From contig CAXTYC010000029.1 of the NCBI GenBank assembly GCA_964248365.1, forward strand, positions 1 through 64,000: DNA of 64,000 nucleotides. Reading direction: 5' to 3'. The position numbers and the translations under genes were made by a program. This DNA is from an uncultured Chroococcidiopsis sp. (GTDB taxonomy: Bacteria > Cyanobacteriota > Cyanobacteriia > Cyanobacteriales > Chroococcidiopsidaceae). Shown piece by piece: positions 48,571 through 59,984 of the stretch. Each line of letters starts with the position of its first letter. The first letter of the stretch is position 1. The notes under the pieces were generated by a model. That model was not told the origin of the DNA. It was given only the letters and a program-made list of their open reading frames with translations, and did not search any database.

Positions 48571-49431
48571 TTAGGCTTGAAAGAATGCCAGGAGTTGCTG
48601 AACGAGAATATCCGGTTGCTCTTCGGCAACCCAGTGTTTGCAGTCTTTGATAATGCTCCCCTGCACGGTTTGGGCAACTTGCTGCATTTCCGCGATGACT
48701 GCGTTGCCAATCGAGCGATCGCTGCCAATTGCCAGAACTGGTATCGTGAGTTTAGTCTTCGCACTCACTTTGTTATCTTCGGCATCTTGAACCATTGCCC
48801 GATAGTATTCAAACGAAGCCCGCATTCCACCTGGAGCCGCATAGCAGCGAACGTACTCATCAATATCGGCTTCACTAATTGCTGTTGGATTGAAAGCATC
48901 CTGACGATAGAACCACGAAAGAAACAAGCGCTCCTTTCCACTTACAAGCGCTTCTGCGAGATCTCGTGTAATGTTAAAGCGATGATGCCAATTATTGCTC
49001 TCCCGAATCATCTGCTCGTATCCCACACCAGGAAGCAAGCTTTCAACAAACACAAATCGACGCACTTGTTCACGATGAGCCGCTGCGTAGGCATAACCCA
49101 CTGGACCTCCCATATCGTGTCCAACTAGAAAGATCTGCCCAAATCCCAGTTGGCGAATCAGCTTGTAGATGTCGTCTGCAACCGTGCGTTTATCGTAGCC
49201 CGTAGCAGGTTTGTCCGAATCTCCTAGTCCGCGCATATCTGGGGCAATTACGGTGTAATGCTCAGCTAAAGCAGGCATGACTTTGCGCCACGCATACCAA
49301 GTTTCAGGCCAGCCATGCAGCAAAACAACAGGATCGCCTTGTCCACCGATGACGTAGTGCAACCGAATATCGTTCACAACAGCCGTATGATGGGTGAACG
49401 TAGAATCAAGCGATGTCAACTCATGACTCAT
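48571..49431 (-). CDS. Alpha/beta hydrolase (epoxide hydrolase-like), tandem paralog
   Basis: HGWP, PDMRGLGDS, GHDMGG and CKHW motifs. Confidence 0.88.
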   Translation of the reverse strand: MSHELTSLDSTFTHHTAVVNDIRLHYVIGGQGDPVVLLHGWPETWYAWRKVMPALAEHYTVIAPDMRGLGDSDKPATGYDKRTVADDIYKLIRQLGFGQIFLVGHDMGGPVGYAYAAAHREQVRRFVFVESLLPGVGYEQMIRESNNWHHRFNITRDLAEALVSGKERLFLSWFYRQDAFNPTAISEADIDEYVRCYAAPGGMRASFEYYRAMVQDAEDNKVSAKTKLTIPVLAIGSDRSIGNAVIAEMQQVAQTVQGSIIKDCKHWVAEEQPDILVQQLLAFFQA

Positions 49432-49451
49432 TTGTTACCTCTTATACTTGA

Positions 49452-50034
49452 CTAATAAGCCCCAGTAGTATCAAAGCGAATCAGGCGAAGATAGGCAGAA
49501 TCGATGAAAGAGCGCCCCTTGTCTGTTGTCATGTGAACTTGATTGTCACTAAAGACTCCAAGTTCATCATTGAAATAAATCAAATGCTTGAAATTGAATA
49601 GCAATGAGTCTTTGCCAAATTCAACCGCTTCTACATTCGAGGCAACATTGTATCGATACTTCTTTAGGTTGAAAGGCAAAACTGTTGTAGAACTGAATCG
49701 CTTGGGGATCGGATAAACTATTGAACTTGTACTTTTTGTCACCCAAATCGAAGGTGAGCTTAACGTCATCGGCAAAAACGCCACTTTCACGCATCATCTG
49801 AAGCTGCTCGTCACCTGTCTTGGCACGGATGACAAGATTATTCCAATGATCTACCAGGTTTTGAGCATTTGCATACAACAGCAGCTGATCGGTATTCTGG
49901 ATACTCGTGTGTGGATTGTTGGTCGTGTTGAGTGCGGGAGGCAGTTCTGCTGCTTGAACAGGCGCAAGCGATGAAATTACGATCGCCCATAAAATTAGCA
50001 ATAGTCCAAGGATAGTGCTTTGCCAAAATCTCAT
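49452..50034 (-). pseudogene. Exported hypothetical protein split by a frameshift
   Basis: Signal peptide MRFWQSTILGLL...APVQA; the frame switches near 49670 into NLKKYRYNVASNVEAVEFG...FDTTGAY*. Confidence 0.55.
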
Positions 50035-50056
50035 AATGTCTCCTTGTATACAGACT

Positions 50057-50999
50057 TTAATAATCAAATTCTGCTTTATGCTTTTGGGCAAAATCGCGCC
50101 AAGTCATTGGTTTACGTCCAGTAATTTCCTCAAAATTGTCAAACGTTGCATCGGCACAAGGGATCTTATTGGCAGCGTTGAGTTTTAGTTGGGTGTAGAC
50201 ACAGTGCATATAAGCTGGATCTGCACCGAATTTAAGCATCGCGTCCAGAAATTCTTCAGGCGAACGCGCTTCTAATCGAAACAATTTACCCACCGCATCA
50301 GTTAAAATTTCCGCAATATCCTGCATCGTGGCGGCATCGTAGCCCAATGGATAAATCTTGCCAGCGTGGCGATCGCACATGAGTAAAGTTTCTGCGGCAA
50401 CTCCTTCACGACCATCGCTTAACTTACCGCGTTCCGGCACAGCAAATTGCTTGACGTTCTCGATCTAAGGTAGCGTTACAAGTACACTAACGTGCCGCGA
50501 ATACCACCCGTCAGCCTCCTGACGCATAAATTCGTCAGAGCGTCGCTTTGTTAATTTCATGCTCAACCGCTGCTTTAGAATCAAAATGGGGAACCCGAAG
50601 ACGACCGTGTGAGAGTGTAACGCAAGAATCGAGCGAGGAATATACAAAGTGCTGCACTCCAGCTTGATGGGCTGCTTCTAGTGCTTGTAATCCCTGTTCG
50701 CGTTCAGTCGTGACTAAACAATCTTGCCAGAAATTTGTGTTGCAAAATACACCATAGATCCCTTCCATTGCTGCTGCAACGCTAGCGGAGTCATTGATGT
50801 CGCCTTTGACTGGCTCAACCCGATTTCCATCTGCCCCCATTTGTAAAAGTTGTTGTGCATGAGAGCTTTCAGGGTTACGAGTTAAACCACGGATGTGCCA
50901 GTTATTGCGATCGTCACTCAACAAACGGCTAACAATTGGGCGACCCATTGCGCCAGTTGCTCCAATTACGAGAATTGTGCGTGTAGTTTGTTCGGGCAT
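50057..50999 (-). pseudogene. NmrA-family relics (N-terminal half plus an apparently unrelated C-terminal half)
   Basis: IGATGAMG...VPHFDSKAAVE (NmrA/HSCARG-like) at 50535-50999; ...DATFDNFEEITGRKPMTWRDFA tail at 50057-50440. Confidence 0.65.
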
Positions 51000-51041
51000 A
51001 GATTATTTCTGTTTCATTAAAGAATTCGCTATTCGGTTAAG

Positions 51042-51662
51042 TCAACGTAAGAGAGCTTCCGCCTCACGGATTTTGAGGTTTTTATTGTAAAGCGGAGCAT
51101 TCGGTTCAAAGATCGTGCTGCTTTGTAGATCTCCAATGTCTTGAGGTGCAAAGCCAATGTCCTCAATTAGTTGCATCACTGTCTGTTTTGCCTGCGGATT
51201 ATCACTGGCAACCTGCACCGCAATGCGATCGTCTCCCGATTGAAAGGCTTGTTCTTCCAAAACCTTGAAATAGATTGAGTTGAACGCTTTGACGACAGGA
51301 ATTCCTGCAAACTGAGTTGCCACATAACCCGTAGCCGTTAGCGAGTCATCCTCAATGACTCGACGCGCGATCTCGCCATCCCGCTGAGGATAGGGATTAG
51401 TCGCATCAATTAGAATTCTGTTGTGTAGCGATCGCATCTGCTGCGCAACTTCGGGAATTTTACCAAAGGGAATTGCCAAAAGAATGACTTCACCAAACGC
51501 TGCTGTCTCTTCGATTGTGCCAACTTTAGCGTTGGCTTGTTTTGCCATTGCTTCGAGTTCTTCGGGATGACGAGAACTAAACATCACTTCATGTCCAGCT
51601 TTCGCCCAATGTTTTCCTAATGTTCCACCAATATTTCCCGATCCAATAATTCCAATTTTCAT
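51042..51662 (-). CDS. F420-dependent NADP oxidoreductase-family protein
   Basis: IGSGNIG, IDATNP, VVKAFN and IGFAP motifs. Confidence 0.85.
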   Translation of the reverse strand: MKIGIIGSGNIGGTLGKHWAKAGHEVMFSSRHPEELEAMAKQANAKVGTIEETAAFGEVILLAIPFGKIPEVAQQMRSLHNRILIDATNPYPQRDGEIARRVIEDDSLTATGYVATQFAGIPVVKAFNSIYFKVLEEQAFQSGDDRIAVQVASDNPQAKQTVMQLIEDIGFAPQDIGDLQSSTIFEPNAPLYNKNLKIREAEALLR

Positions 51663-51683
51663 GATTTTACCTCGCGTCAGTTT

Positions 51684-52127
51684 TTACAATTCTTGGTTGG
51701 ATGGACGTACTACAATCTCGTTAATGGCTACTTCATCTGGTTGCTCGATCCCATAGCGTACCGCTCGGCTAATAGCAGATGGTGAAATATAGCTAAAAGT
51801 GCCGCTAATTTGGCTGGATCTTTGTTCATCATTACTTGCCTCTAGCAATTCGCTTTCAACTGCGCGACTGATAGATAATAGTCACTCTTACTTTCCCTAG
51901 CGTCTCTTTACGCAAGCTTTCACGCTTTGGCTCTGACGGCAAACTTAGTACCGCAATAGACGGCAAAATTAGGTATGGCATGAAGCGAGGCTACCGAACC
52001 GATGTTAATAATATGACCGCTACCGCGACCCTTGCATATGAGGAAGAACGGCAGCAATTGGGTGCAGTACGCCGCGAATGTTAATATCAATGGCTTTATT
52101 CCAGTCATCTATCTTGAGGAGGTTCAT
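51684..52127 (-). pseudogene. SDR oxidoreductase relic
   Basis: GHIINIGS...YCGTKFAVRA*...IEQPDEVAINEIVVRP; N-terminus missing. Confidence 0.7.
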
Positions 52128-52247
52128 GATTTGCGTTTATCATTTTGTTTCTTCTAGATGGATGTGCAGAAAATGTGAGATTTACGCCGCTATATCCTTG
52201 ACAAAATGCATTTACAGTGATATATAATTAGGCATTCAGCTCGACTA

Positions 52248-53279
52248 CTATTTAACGATTTCGACGATCGCTTTGCCAATCATCTTGCCACTGTCTTGAG
52301 CATCGTGAGCCGCAGCGACCTCATTAAGAGAAAAGCGTTGGGCAATGTTATGGCGCAATGCATTTGCTTCGAGGGCGGAGGTGATGTCGCGGATCGCCGC
52401 TTGCTTCGCTTCATGAGGCATTGTGTAAACCAGTACCAGGCGAATCGTCACGTTATTCAGTTGCATGGACAAAAACGGTAGCGCGGGGCGATCGTCAGCA
52501 TTGCCACTCGAATAGGACGCGACAACACTATTTGGTCGCAGCACTGACGAGGTAATCGGCAGGTTCGCTGTAAAGTTCACATCGACAATGCGATCGATTC
52601 CCCGTCCGTCTTTTGCCCCAGTAATCTCTTTAATCCGTTGCACTACATCTTCGTGCTTGTAGTTGATGATATCATCTGCACCAGCTGCTTTCACAAGCTG
52701 TTCTTGTTCGGGACGGCTGACGGTGGTAATTACCCTTGCTCCACCCCACTTTGCCAATTGCAGCGCGTAGTAGCCGACTGACCCAGCGCCACCCGTCACC
52801 AAAATTGTTTGTCCCTTAACAGAACCGTCGGCAAACACGCAACGATGAGCCGTCATTGCTGGAACACCCAGACACGCGCCTTGAGCAAAATCGGTGTTGT
52901 CGGGTAAACGAATGGCGCGATCGCTCGGCACGACTACAAATTCAGCCGCTGTCCCGAATGGTTGTCCGCGTTGCGCTTCGTAAATCCAAACTCGCTCACC
53001 AATGCGATCGGACGAAACGCCTTCACCCACGCTTTCAATAATGCCTGCTCCATCTTGATGCGGAATGACGCGAGGAAATTGGAGTGATCCGCCACCCCAG
53101 CCGCTTCGAGATTTCGTGTCAGATGGATTGACTCCCGAAGCATAAACTTTGACTCGTACCTCACCCGCACCAGGGTTAGAAATCGGCAGTTCGCCGTATT
53201 GAATGACTTCTCCTGCTGCTCCTTGTTGTTCGTACCATGCAGCCAATATCGTTTGCTTTGCTAACTGTGTTGCGCTCAT
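52248..53279 (-). CDS. NADPH:quinone reductase (zeta-crystallin-like MDR)
   Basis: GVNPSD, IPHQDGAG, GTAAEF and GGAGSVG motifs. Confidence 0.88.
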   Translation of the reverse strand: MSATQLAKQTILAAWYEQQGAAGEVIQYGELPISNPGAGEVRVKVYASGVNPSDTKSRSGWGGGSLQFPRVIPHQDGAGIIESVGEGVSSDRIGERVWIYEAQRGQPFGTAAEFVVVPSDRAIRLPDNTDFAQGACLGVPAMTAHRCVFADGSVKGQTILVTGGAGSVGYYALQLAKWGGARVITTVSRPEQEQLVKAAGADDIINYKHEDVVQRIKEITGAKDGRGIDRIVDVNFTANLPITSSVLRPNSVVASYSSGNADDRPALPFLSMQLNNVTIRLVLVYTMPHEAKQAAIRDITSALEANALRHNIAQRFSLNEVAAAHDAQDSGKMIGKAIVEIVK

Positions 53280-53351
53280 TTCACAAACTTCCTTTTTTGT
53301 CAAGTGCTTATGACATCCCCCAAGGGATAGATTTGAAGTGAATATCGCTCG

Positions 53352-53654
53352 TTAAAAACTTTGAGCGGGAACTTGAGCTGTATTGCCCAAAATAAAGCGT
53401 TCAATCGCGTTGGCAAAACCTTCCTCTTCAATTGCCCCATTAAAGGCAGCAATTGGTGCATTTAACCCAAGTGCATCAACGATCATTGGCGATCTGAGGT
53501 GAGTGATCGTGAAAGCGATTCTGACATCATGCAACTTCCCAACGGCACAAAACGCGCGATCAATCAACACCTTCTGTTTTATGACGAACGTACCGTCTAC
53601 ATCGGCAAGCAGTAGAGAAATTTTTGCTGGTTTGGATTGGTTATTCTGGTTCAT
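53352..53654 (-). pseudogene. Cof-type HAD hydrolase, internally deleted
   Basis: LLADVDGT...PIAAFNGA joined directly to the C-terminal EEEGFANAIERFIL. Confidence 0.75.
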
Positions 53655-53778
53655 ACTTACTCTGGTAAGAGAATTTTTCCAAATTGCTCATGCCACTCGA
53701 TAATATTGATGCTTGCAGTTGCTTGCAAAACAAATAAATTTGACCCTTGACAATTTTTCAAAAGTATAAATTGGTGTT

Positions 53779-54693
53779 TCATACACTGTTGGGAATCGCA
53801 GACAGTCCCGCATCTTCACGAACACTCTGCTGTAAGGCAGTCACGTCGCTATCTCCACGCCCCTTAGCAACACTAGCTAACAAGCGATCGCGCAGTACAC
53901 TCACAATCGGCATGGTGACATTTGCCGCTTCACCTGCACTCAGTGCAAGATTAATATCCTTGAGTGCAAGCGACAGTTTGAACCCAGGATCGGGTAGTTT
54001 GCCGCTAGGTAAAATACCAGCGTAAGTTTTGAAGACGGGAGCCGCAAAGATAGATCCAGTAATAGCATCTGCAAATACTTGCGCCTCAAGCCCGTTCTTT
54101 TGAGTAAAAGTGAAAACCTCAGACAGAATTTCAATCGTATTCATCACTAAAACGTTGGCGGCAATTTTGGCAACATGACCTGATGTTGCATCCTCACCAA
54201 CATCAAAACTGCCCCTTCCCATTGCTGCGATAACTGGTGCAATCCGATCTTTTGCGTCCTTCGCTCCCGATACCCACATCAGCAATTGCTTCGCTGCTGC
54301 TGCATCCGGTCGCCCTGAAACTGGAGAAGCTACATAAGCCGCGCCGCGTTGCGAATGAAATTGGGCTAGTTCACGCGCTACCTGAGGCGAAACAGTACTC
54401 ATCGAAAGATGAATGCCACCTTGTCCTAGCTTTTCACCGATGCCGTCTTTACCTATAACGATTTCACGCAGTGCAGCATCATTCGCAACCATTGTAACTA
54501 CGATACCATCTGATGAAGCAACATCCGCAGGTGTATCAACGACAGATGCGCCCAGTGCAGCCAGTTCATCTGCTTTGCTTTTTGTCCGATTAAAAATAGA
54601 CAGCTTGAAGCCTGCATCAATTAGGTTACGCGCCATTGGCAACCCCATTGCACCCAAACCAATGAAACCAATGCTTTCTACTGCTTGACTCAT
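53779..54693 (-). CDS. Beta-hydroxyacid dehydrogenase family oxidoreductase
   Basis: IGLGAMG, FNRT, SMSTVSP, SPVSG, AKIAAN and LALKD motifs. Confidence 0.88.
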   Translation of the reverse strand: MSQAVESIGFIGLGAMGLPMARNLIDAGFKLSIFNRTKSKADELAALGASVVDTPADVASSDGIVVTMVANDAALREIVIGKDGIGEKLGQGGIHLSMSTVSPQVARELAQFHSQRGAAYVASPVSGRPDAAAAKQLLMWVSGAKDAKDRIAPVIAAMGRGSFDVGEDATSGHVAKIAANVLVMNTIEILSEVFTFTQKNGLEAQVFADAITGSIFAAPVFKTYAGILPSGKLPDPGFKLSLALKDINLALSAGEAANVTMPIVSVLRDRLLASVAKGRGDSDVTALQQSVREDAGLSAIPNSV

Positions 54694-54746
54694 TTGATTT
54701 CTCCAAATCTTAATTTAGATATAGTTGCCAAATTAATACAGTACTG

Positions 54747-54945
54747 AGCTATTTATTCGCGCTACCTGTGAAATTCGTTAGTGCGGCATTGAAGCGATCG
54801 CCTTGCTCTATATATGCGAAGTGACCGCACTGAATCGATAATCAACAACTAGGAGCCTGGTATTTCTTGTTTAAACCGTACACCAAGTGCAACGGGTGTC
54901 CATCTATCCTCACGATCCCAAAGTTGCATAAAAGTGTCCTTGTGA
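54747..54945 (-). pseudogene. Alpha/beta hydrolase C-terminal relic
   Basis: LWDREDRWTPVALGVRFKQEIPGS* ... CGHFAYIEQGDRFNAALTNF. Confidence 0.6.
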
Positions 54946-55036
54946 ATGTAACTCTTGCTACAGGTTTTCGTCCAATCAGACGTAGGGAGGAAGTGCAAAG
55001 TGGTTTCTTACCCCCTCCTGAGCACTTCCTTCAGAA

Positions 55037-56575
55037 TCATGAATCGCTATTGCGCCATTGCCGACCATCGCGCCCTAGTAAATCGTCTGCTTCCTTTGGC
55101 CCCCAAGTTCCCGCCGCGTAGTTTGGGAAATCGCGCGGTGGTAAAGCTTGCCAAACATCGAGAATTGGTGTCACTACACTCCAACCGAGTTCCACGTTGT
55201 CAGAGCGTTGAAATAGGGTAGCGTCACCAATCATGCAGTCGTAGAGCAAAGTTTCGTAGCCTGTACTCGGCGTAGAGCCAAAGTAGTTGGCGTAGCAAAA
55301 GTCCATTTCCACCGTACCCATTCGCATAGCAGGACCTGGAATTTTTGCCCCGAACTGAAGATGAATACCTTCATCAGGCTGGATGCGGATAATTAGGAAA
55401 TTGGGAGTGAGGCGAGAGCTTGCAGTCTGACGAAACAGTAAAGAAGGAACTCGCTTGAGTGCGATCGCAATCTCACTCACGCGCTTTGGTAATCGTTTAC
55501 CAGTCCGTAGGTAAAACGGCACATCAGCCCAGCGCCAATTATCAATCGTTAATTTGAGCGCAGCAAAAGTTTCAGTTCCAGAATTTTCTGCTACACGGGG
55601 TTCTGAGCGATAGGCAGGTACAGACTCAGCTTGAACCGTACCCTCACCATACTGTCCGCGTACTGTATGAGTCAATACATCTTCAGGCGTAAGCGGTTGA
55701 ATTGCCCGCAGCACCTTAGACTTTTCATCCCGCACGGCATCTGCTTCAAAGGAAACTGGCGGCTCCATTGCCACCATTGTCAGCAGTTGAAACATATGGT
55801 TTTGCACCATATCCCGAACTGCCCCTGCCCCTTCGTAAAAGCCTCCTCTGCCTTCTACACCTACAGTTTCAGCCACCGTAATTTGTACGTGGTCAATATA
55901 GTGATGGTTCCAAATTGGCTCAAACAATCCGTTACCAAATCGGAAGACCATGATGTTTTGCACAGTCTCTTTGCCAAGGTAATGGTCGATTCGGTAGATC
56001 TGACTTTCTTGCAATACGCTACTGATATTTTTGTTTAGCGCACGGGCAGAGTCTAGGTCGTGTCCAAAAGGCTTCTCAATAATGACACGCCGCCAGTGTC
56101 CATTTTCTTCCCTGGTTAACCCCACTTCCCCAAGTTGCGATATTATATCAGAAAAGAAGTTAGACGCGGTTGCCAGATAGTAAAGATAATTTCCCTCAGT
56201 ACCGCACTCAGAATCTACCTGAGCCAATAAATTCTGCAATTGGCTGTAGGTATTGGCATCCTGAAACTCACCTTGCAGATAGTAAAGTCTCTGCTCGAAC
56301 CATTCCCACAGTTGTGCATCTACGGGAACAGTAGCAAACTCTTGGATGTCCTGGCTGATTTTGCTACGAAAATCGTCAGTACTCAGCGGCGCACGAGCCA
56401 CACCTACAATGGCAAATTCTTTAGGTAATAAATTGCTCCGAGCAAGGTTGTAGAGGGCTGGAAGCAATAGGCGCTTAGTTAAATCTCCAGCCGCACCAAA
56501 AATGACTATGATGCAAGAACCTGCGGGTTGAGCGAGCAATTCATTGTTTTGATTTGTTGCTGTTGCATAGATCAT
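55037..56575 (-). CDS. zwf: Glucose-6-phosphate dehydrogenase
   Basis: [27 protein letters not shown] and PFYLRTGK motifs; GAGGA RBS before ATG 56575. Confidence 0.95.
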   Translation of the reverse strand: MIYATATNQNNELLAQPAGSCIIVIFGAAGDLTKRLLLPALYNLARSNLLPKEFAIVGVARAPLSTDDFRSKISQDIQEFATVPVDAQLWEWFEQRLYYLQGEFQDANTYSQLQNLLAQVDSECGTEGNYLYYLATASNFFSDIISQLGEVGLTREENGHWRRVIIEKPFGHDLDSARALNKNISSVLQESQIYRIDHYLGKETVQNIMVFRFGNGLFEPIWNHHYIDHVQITVAETVGVEGRGGFYEGAGAVRDMVQNHMFQLLTMVAMEPPVSFEADAVRDEKSKVLRAIQPLTPEDVLTHTVRGQYGEGTVQAESVPAYRSEPRVAENSGTETFAALKLTIDNWRWADVPFYLRTGKRLPKRVSEIAIALKRVPSLLFRQTASSRLTPNFLIIRIQPDEGIHLQFGAKIPGPAMRMGTVEMDFCYANYFGSTPSTGYETLLYDCMIGDATLFQRSDNVELGWSVVTPILDVWQALPPRDFPNYAAGTWGPKEADDLLGRDGRQWRNSDS

Positions 56576-56586
56576 ACAATTGTTCC

Positions 56587-57603
56587 TCAACGCCCCGTAT
56601 CTACCCGCTTTTCTTCAGCTCCCATGCTGTGTTGCTCGATATGTCCGCCAAATTTGTAGCGCATTGCCGACAACACTTTTTCAGCAAAAGTATGTTCCTG
56701 TCGAGAGCGGAAACGTGTAAAGAGTGAAGCTGATAGCACATCTACAGGCACGGCTTCTTCTATCGCCGCCATAATTGTCCACCGTCCTTCGCCAGAATCC
56801 TCTACATAGCCCTCATAGTTCGACAGCGATGGATTTTCTGCCATTGCCATTGCGGCTAAATCTAGTAACCAAGAACCCACCACACTGCCTCGTCGCCAGA
56901 CTTCGGCAATATCAGCGACATTGAAGTCATAACGATATTTTTCCGACACTTCTTTTGAGTCAGCATGGCGGAAGATATCGAAGCCTTCGGCATAAGCTTG
57001 CATCAAAGCATACTCCACGCCGTTATGCACCATTTTGACGAAATGCCCCGCACCGTTGCCACCACAATGTAAGTAGCCTTCTTCAGCAGTATGGTTCAAC
57101 AAGTTTTCTCGCCCAGGAGTACGCGGCACATCTCCCATCCCAGGAGCTATGGTTTTGAAAATTGGATCAAGATGTTCGACCACCTTTTTTTCACCCCCAA
57201 TCATCAGGCAGTAACCACGTTCTAATCCCCACACCCCGCCGCTAGTGCCGACATCTATATAATTAATGCTTTTTTCTTTTAAAATTTCGGCACGGCGCAC
57301 ATCATCTTTGTAGTAGGAATTGCCACCATCAATGATGATGTCACCTGGCTCAAGTAAGTCTTTCAGTTCCATGACCATTTGCTCGGTTGCATCCCCTGCT
57401 GGAACCATCACCCAAATGGCACGAGGAGGAGTTAATTTTTTAACAAAATCATCTAGGCTGTAAGTCCCTGTTGCACCTTCTTGTGCCAGCTGCTTCACTT
57501 TTTCTGGTGAGCGGTTGAATACTACACATTCATGTCCGTGGCGCATTAACCTGCGGACGATATTTGCACCCATGCGTCCTAAACCAATTACACCAAGTTG
57601 CAT
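56587..57603 (-). CDS. gnd: 6-Phosphogluconate dehydrogenase, decarboxylating, short form
   Basis: [34 protein letters not shown] and FGGH motifs. Confidence 0.92.
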   Translation of the reverse strand: MQLGVIGLGRMGANIVRRLMRHGHECVVFNRSPEKVKQLAQEGATGTYSLDDFVKKLTPPRAIWVMVPAGDATEQMVMELKDLLEPGDIIIDGGNSYYKDDVRRAEILKEKSINYIDVGTSGGVWGLERGYCLMIGGEKKVVEHLDPIFKTIAPGMGDVPRTPGRENLLNHTAEEGYLHCGGNGAGHFVKMVHNGVEYALMQAYAEGFDIFRHADSKEVSEKYRYDFNVADIAEVWRRGSVVGSWLLDLAAMAMAENPSLSNYEGYVEDSGEGRWTIMAAIEEAVPVDVLSASLFTRFRSRQEHTFAEKVLSAMRYKFGGHIEQHSMGAEEKRVDTGR

Positions 57604-57636
57604 ATTTTTCTCCTTGTTGTCCTAGCTGTTTGTCTT

Positions 57637-57700
57637 GTAGGGGCAAGTTTACTTCAAATATTTTTGGAATTAAAAGTTCTTTGTTAAAAGTTGCCCCTAC
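57637..57700. repeat. GTAG-type REP-like hairpin
   Basis: GTAGGGGCAA...TTGCCCCTAC. Confidence 0.7.
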
Positions 57701-57773
57701 TAAGGTATTTGTGCAAGAAGTTGAATCTATTCAGGAGTGAAGTGGATACGCTTAATGCGTGTTTACACGTTGG

Positions 57774-59930
57774 CTAATGCTTCACTTTGAGCCAGGGTTG
57801 CCAAGTTTGCTCTTGTATGTTAATGTCACCAGAACAGACCGAAGCATCCCAGCGCGTACGTTCGTCCTCACGCCAGAACCGCAAGTCAACACGAGCATTG
57901 CCAACGGCAATCTGGCGAAGCGTAATTTCGGGCAGCCAATGTGGTAGGTGGGGATCGACGTAAAGTTGGTTGTTGGGTGCGTCTGCCTGCAAACCAAGAA
58001 TTGCCTGGAGCAAATGGAAGACCGACCCAGCTGCCCATGCTTGGGGTACGTTCGCTTGCCAGTACTGTATCGGAAAAGTCCCAGGCTGTAGCTCGATGCC
58101 AGCGTAAACTTCTGGGAGGCGATAGTTCGAGAAATAGCTAGCAGCCTCTGAAATTCCCCTCGCAACTTGTGCCGCTTCAGCCGCAAAACCATAGCGCTTG
58201 AAGCCAAGAGCAATTATACCATTATCATGGGGCCAGATCGAGCCGAGATGGTAGGAGTAGGGATTGTAAGCAGGGTTACGCGCAGATAACGTGCGAATGC
58301 CCCAGCCAGTCCACATATCTGGCTCCATCAGTTGCCCCACAACACGAGCAGCGCGTTCGGGGCTGATAATGCCGCTCCACAGGCAATGACCTGGGTTTGA
58401 GGCGATCGTGCGTACTGGTTGCTTTTGCGGATCGAGCGCATAGGCATAAAAGCCAATATCCTCGCACCAGAAGTGTTCCTCGAAGCGTCTTTGCAATTGA
58501 TCCGCCTTTGTCCGTAGCGAAGCTGCTCGCTCGTTCTCCCCAAGTGAGGTAAACACTTCTGCCATCCGCATCCACGCATCAAAGACGTAGCCCTGCAACT
58601 CGCACAAAGCCTTTGGCGGTTTAACTTGGCTACCATCGGGATAAACTACAGCATCCCCCGAATCTTTCCAGCCTTGGTTTTCTATGCCTTGGGAAGAGCG
58701 CGATTTGTACTCTTGAAACCCGTCGCCATCCAAGTCGCCGTAGTTATCAATCCATTCAAGGCAACGCAGCGCCACTTCGCGGTACTCTTTTAAGAGCGAA
58801 TCGTCTCCCATCCATTTCCAAGCTTCATGGAGGACGATTAGGTACAACGGCGTAGCGTCAGCAGTGCCGTAGTAGGGCGTGAACGGAATTTTATTAAAAT
58901 GTGCCAGTTCACCAAAACGTATTTCATGCGATATCTTACCTGGTTGTGCGTCGCGCCAATCGTCTAGAACAGTTGCCTGAAGTTGGGCTAGTTTCTTAAG
59001 TGCGCCATGGGCGAAACCAGCATGAACCAGCATATTTTGCAAGCTCACGATCAAACTGTCGCGTCCGAAGATAGTCACGAACCAGGGAACTCCGGCGGCG
59101 GGTAGCCAAACATCCTCGTCGAAGTTGTGATCGTACAGCCGCAGAGCGCCCATATCCTCGATTGATTGATGGTACAGCCGATACACATCCTCGTTAGCAG
59201 TTGTCACCTTTGTTGCACAGTCAAGCCACTGCTGCTGTAGCTGCTCTGTATCGCTTGATCTTTGATAACATTCAGATGTTGGTGTGCGAGTGCGATCGCC
59301 TTCAACTAGAATATAGTAGCAGCAGGTGTGCCAGCTTGCACCAGCTTCAAGCTCAACCTCAAAGGTGATACGACCATTAGCGTATTGGGGCGGCGAGGTG
59401 TAGTCGCGCGCTTGATAAGTGAAGCAGCGATGAAAGTCGCGGTTGGTGTAGGTTGTATGAAGTGAGCTACTCTCCTCGTCCCACCTGCTAACTATGTGTC
59501 CTCGCCGGACAAATTTATGCGCTTTAACCTCGAAGATGTCGGCGAAGTCCGATCGCAGTGCAATTTCTAAATTGAAACGAACTGCTTTAAGACTATAATT
59601 CGTGATGTCGAGATCCTCGTGAATACTTTCTGCCGCAGCGCGGCTGATGATAAATCCCAAGCTACCTTGGGCAATAGTCCCATCTTCGGTATCTAACGCC
59701 GGATTTGTCAGGTAGATTCGTGCAGCATAATATGCTGTAACGCTGGAATTTAGTCGCACCCAAGGCTGTCCATTCGCGGAAATAGCATAGTAGCTTACAA
59801 AGCGGGTGTCATTTGCAAAAACACCGAGTTCGCTGTCAGCATTAATTTGCCCATTTTGTTCAGTCACCATAAAGGTGCTGCCTTGGTTAATTGTCAAAAC
59901 CGGAGGTCCAACACTCACTTCAATCGGCAT
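57774..59930 (-). CDS. Amylo-alpha-1,6-glucosidase / glycogen debranching enzyme family
   Basis: DFADIFEV, AAGVPWFVTIFGRDS, YYGTADAT, NQGWKDS, YHLGSIWPHDN, RLPE and PQAWAAG motifs. Confidence 0.9.
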   Translation of the reverse strand: MPIEVSVGPPVLTINQGSTFMVTEQNGQINADSELGVFANDTRFVSYYAISANGQPWVRLNSSVTAYYAARIYLTNPALDTEDGTIAQGSLGFIISRAAAESIHEDLDITNYSLKAVRFNLEIALRSDFADIFEVKAHKFVRRGHIVSRWDEESSSLHTTYTNRDFHRCFTYQARDYTSPPQYANGRITFEVELEAGASWHTCCYYILVEGDRTRTPTSECYQRSSDTEQLQQQWLDCATKVTTANEDVYRLYHQSIEDMGALRLYDHNFDEDVWLPAAGVPWFVTIFGRDSLIVSLQNMLVHAGFAHGALKKLAQLQATVLDDWRDAQPGKISHEIRFGELAHFNKIPFTPYYGTADATPLYLIVLHEAWKWMGDDSLLKEYREVALRCLEWIDNYGDLDGDGFQEYKSRSSQGIENQGWKDSGDAVVYPDGSQVKPPKALCELQGYVFDAWMRMAEVFTSLGENERAASLRTKADQLQRRFEEHFWCEDIGFYAYALDPQKQPVRTIASNPGHCLWSGIISPERAARVVGQLMEPDMWTGWGIRTLSARNPAYNPYSYHLGSIWPHDNGIIALGFKRYGFAAEAAQVARGISEAASYFSNYRLPEVYAGIELQPGTFPIQYWQANVPQAWAAGSVFHLLQAILGLQADAPNNQLYVDPHLPHWLPEITLRQIAVGNARVDLRFWREDERTRWDASVCSGDINIQEQTWQPWLKVKH

Positions 59931-59984
59931 AGTTCACCCTTTAAATGTAGGTTTTAGTGGCGCTATCCTTATTAAAGAACAGTG

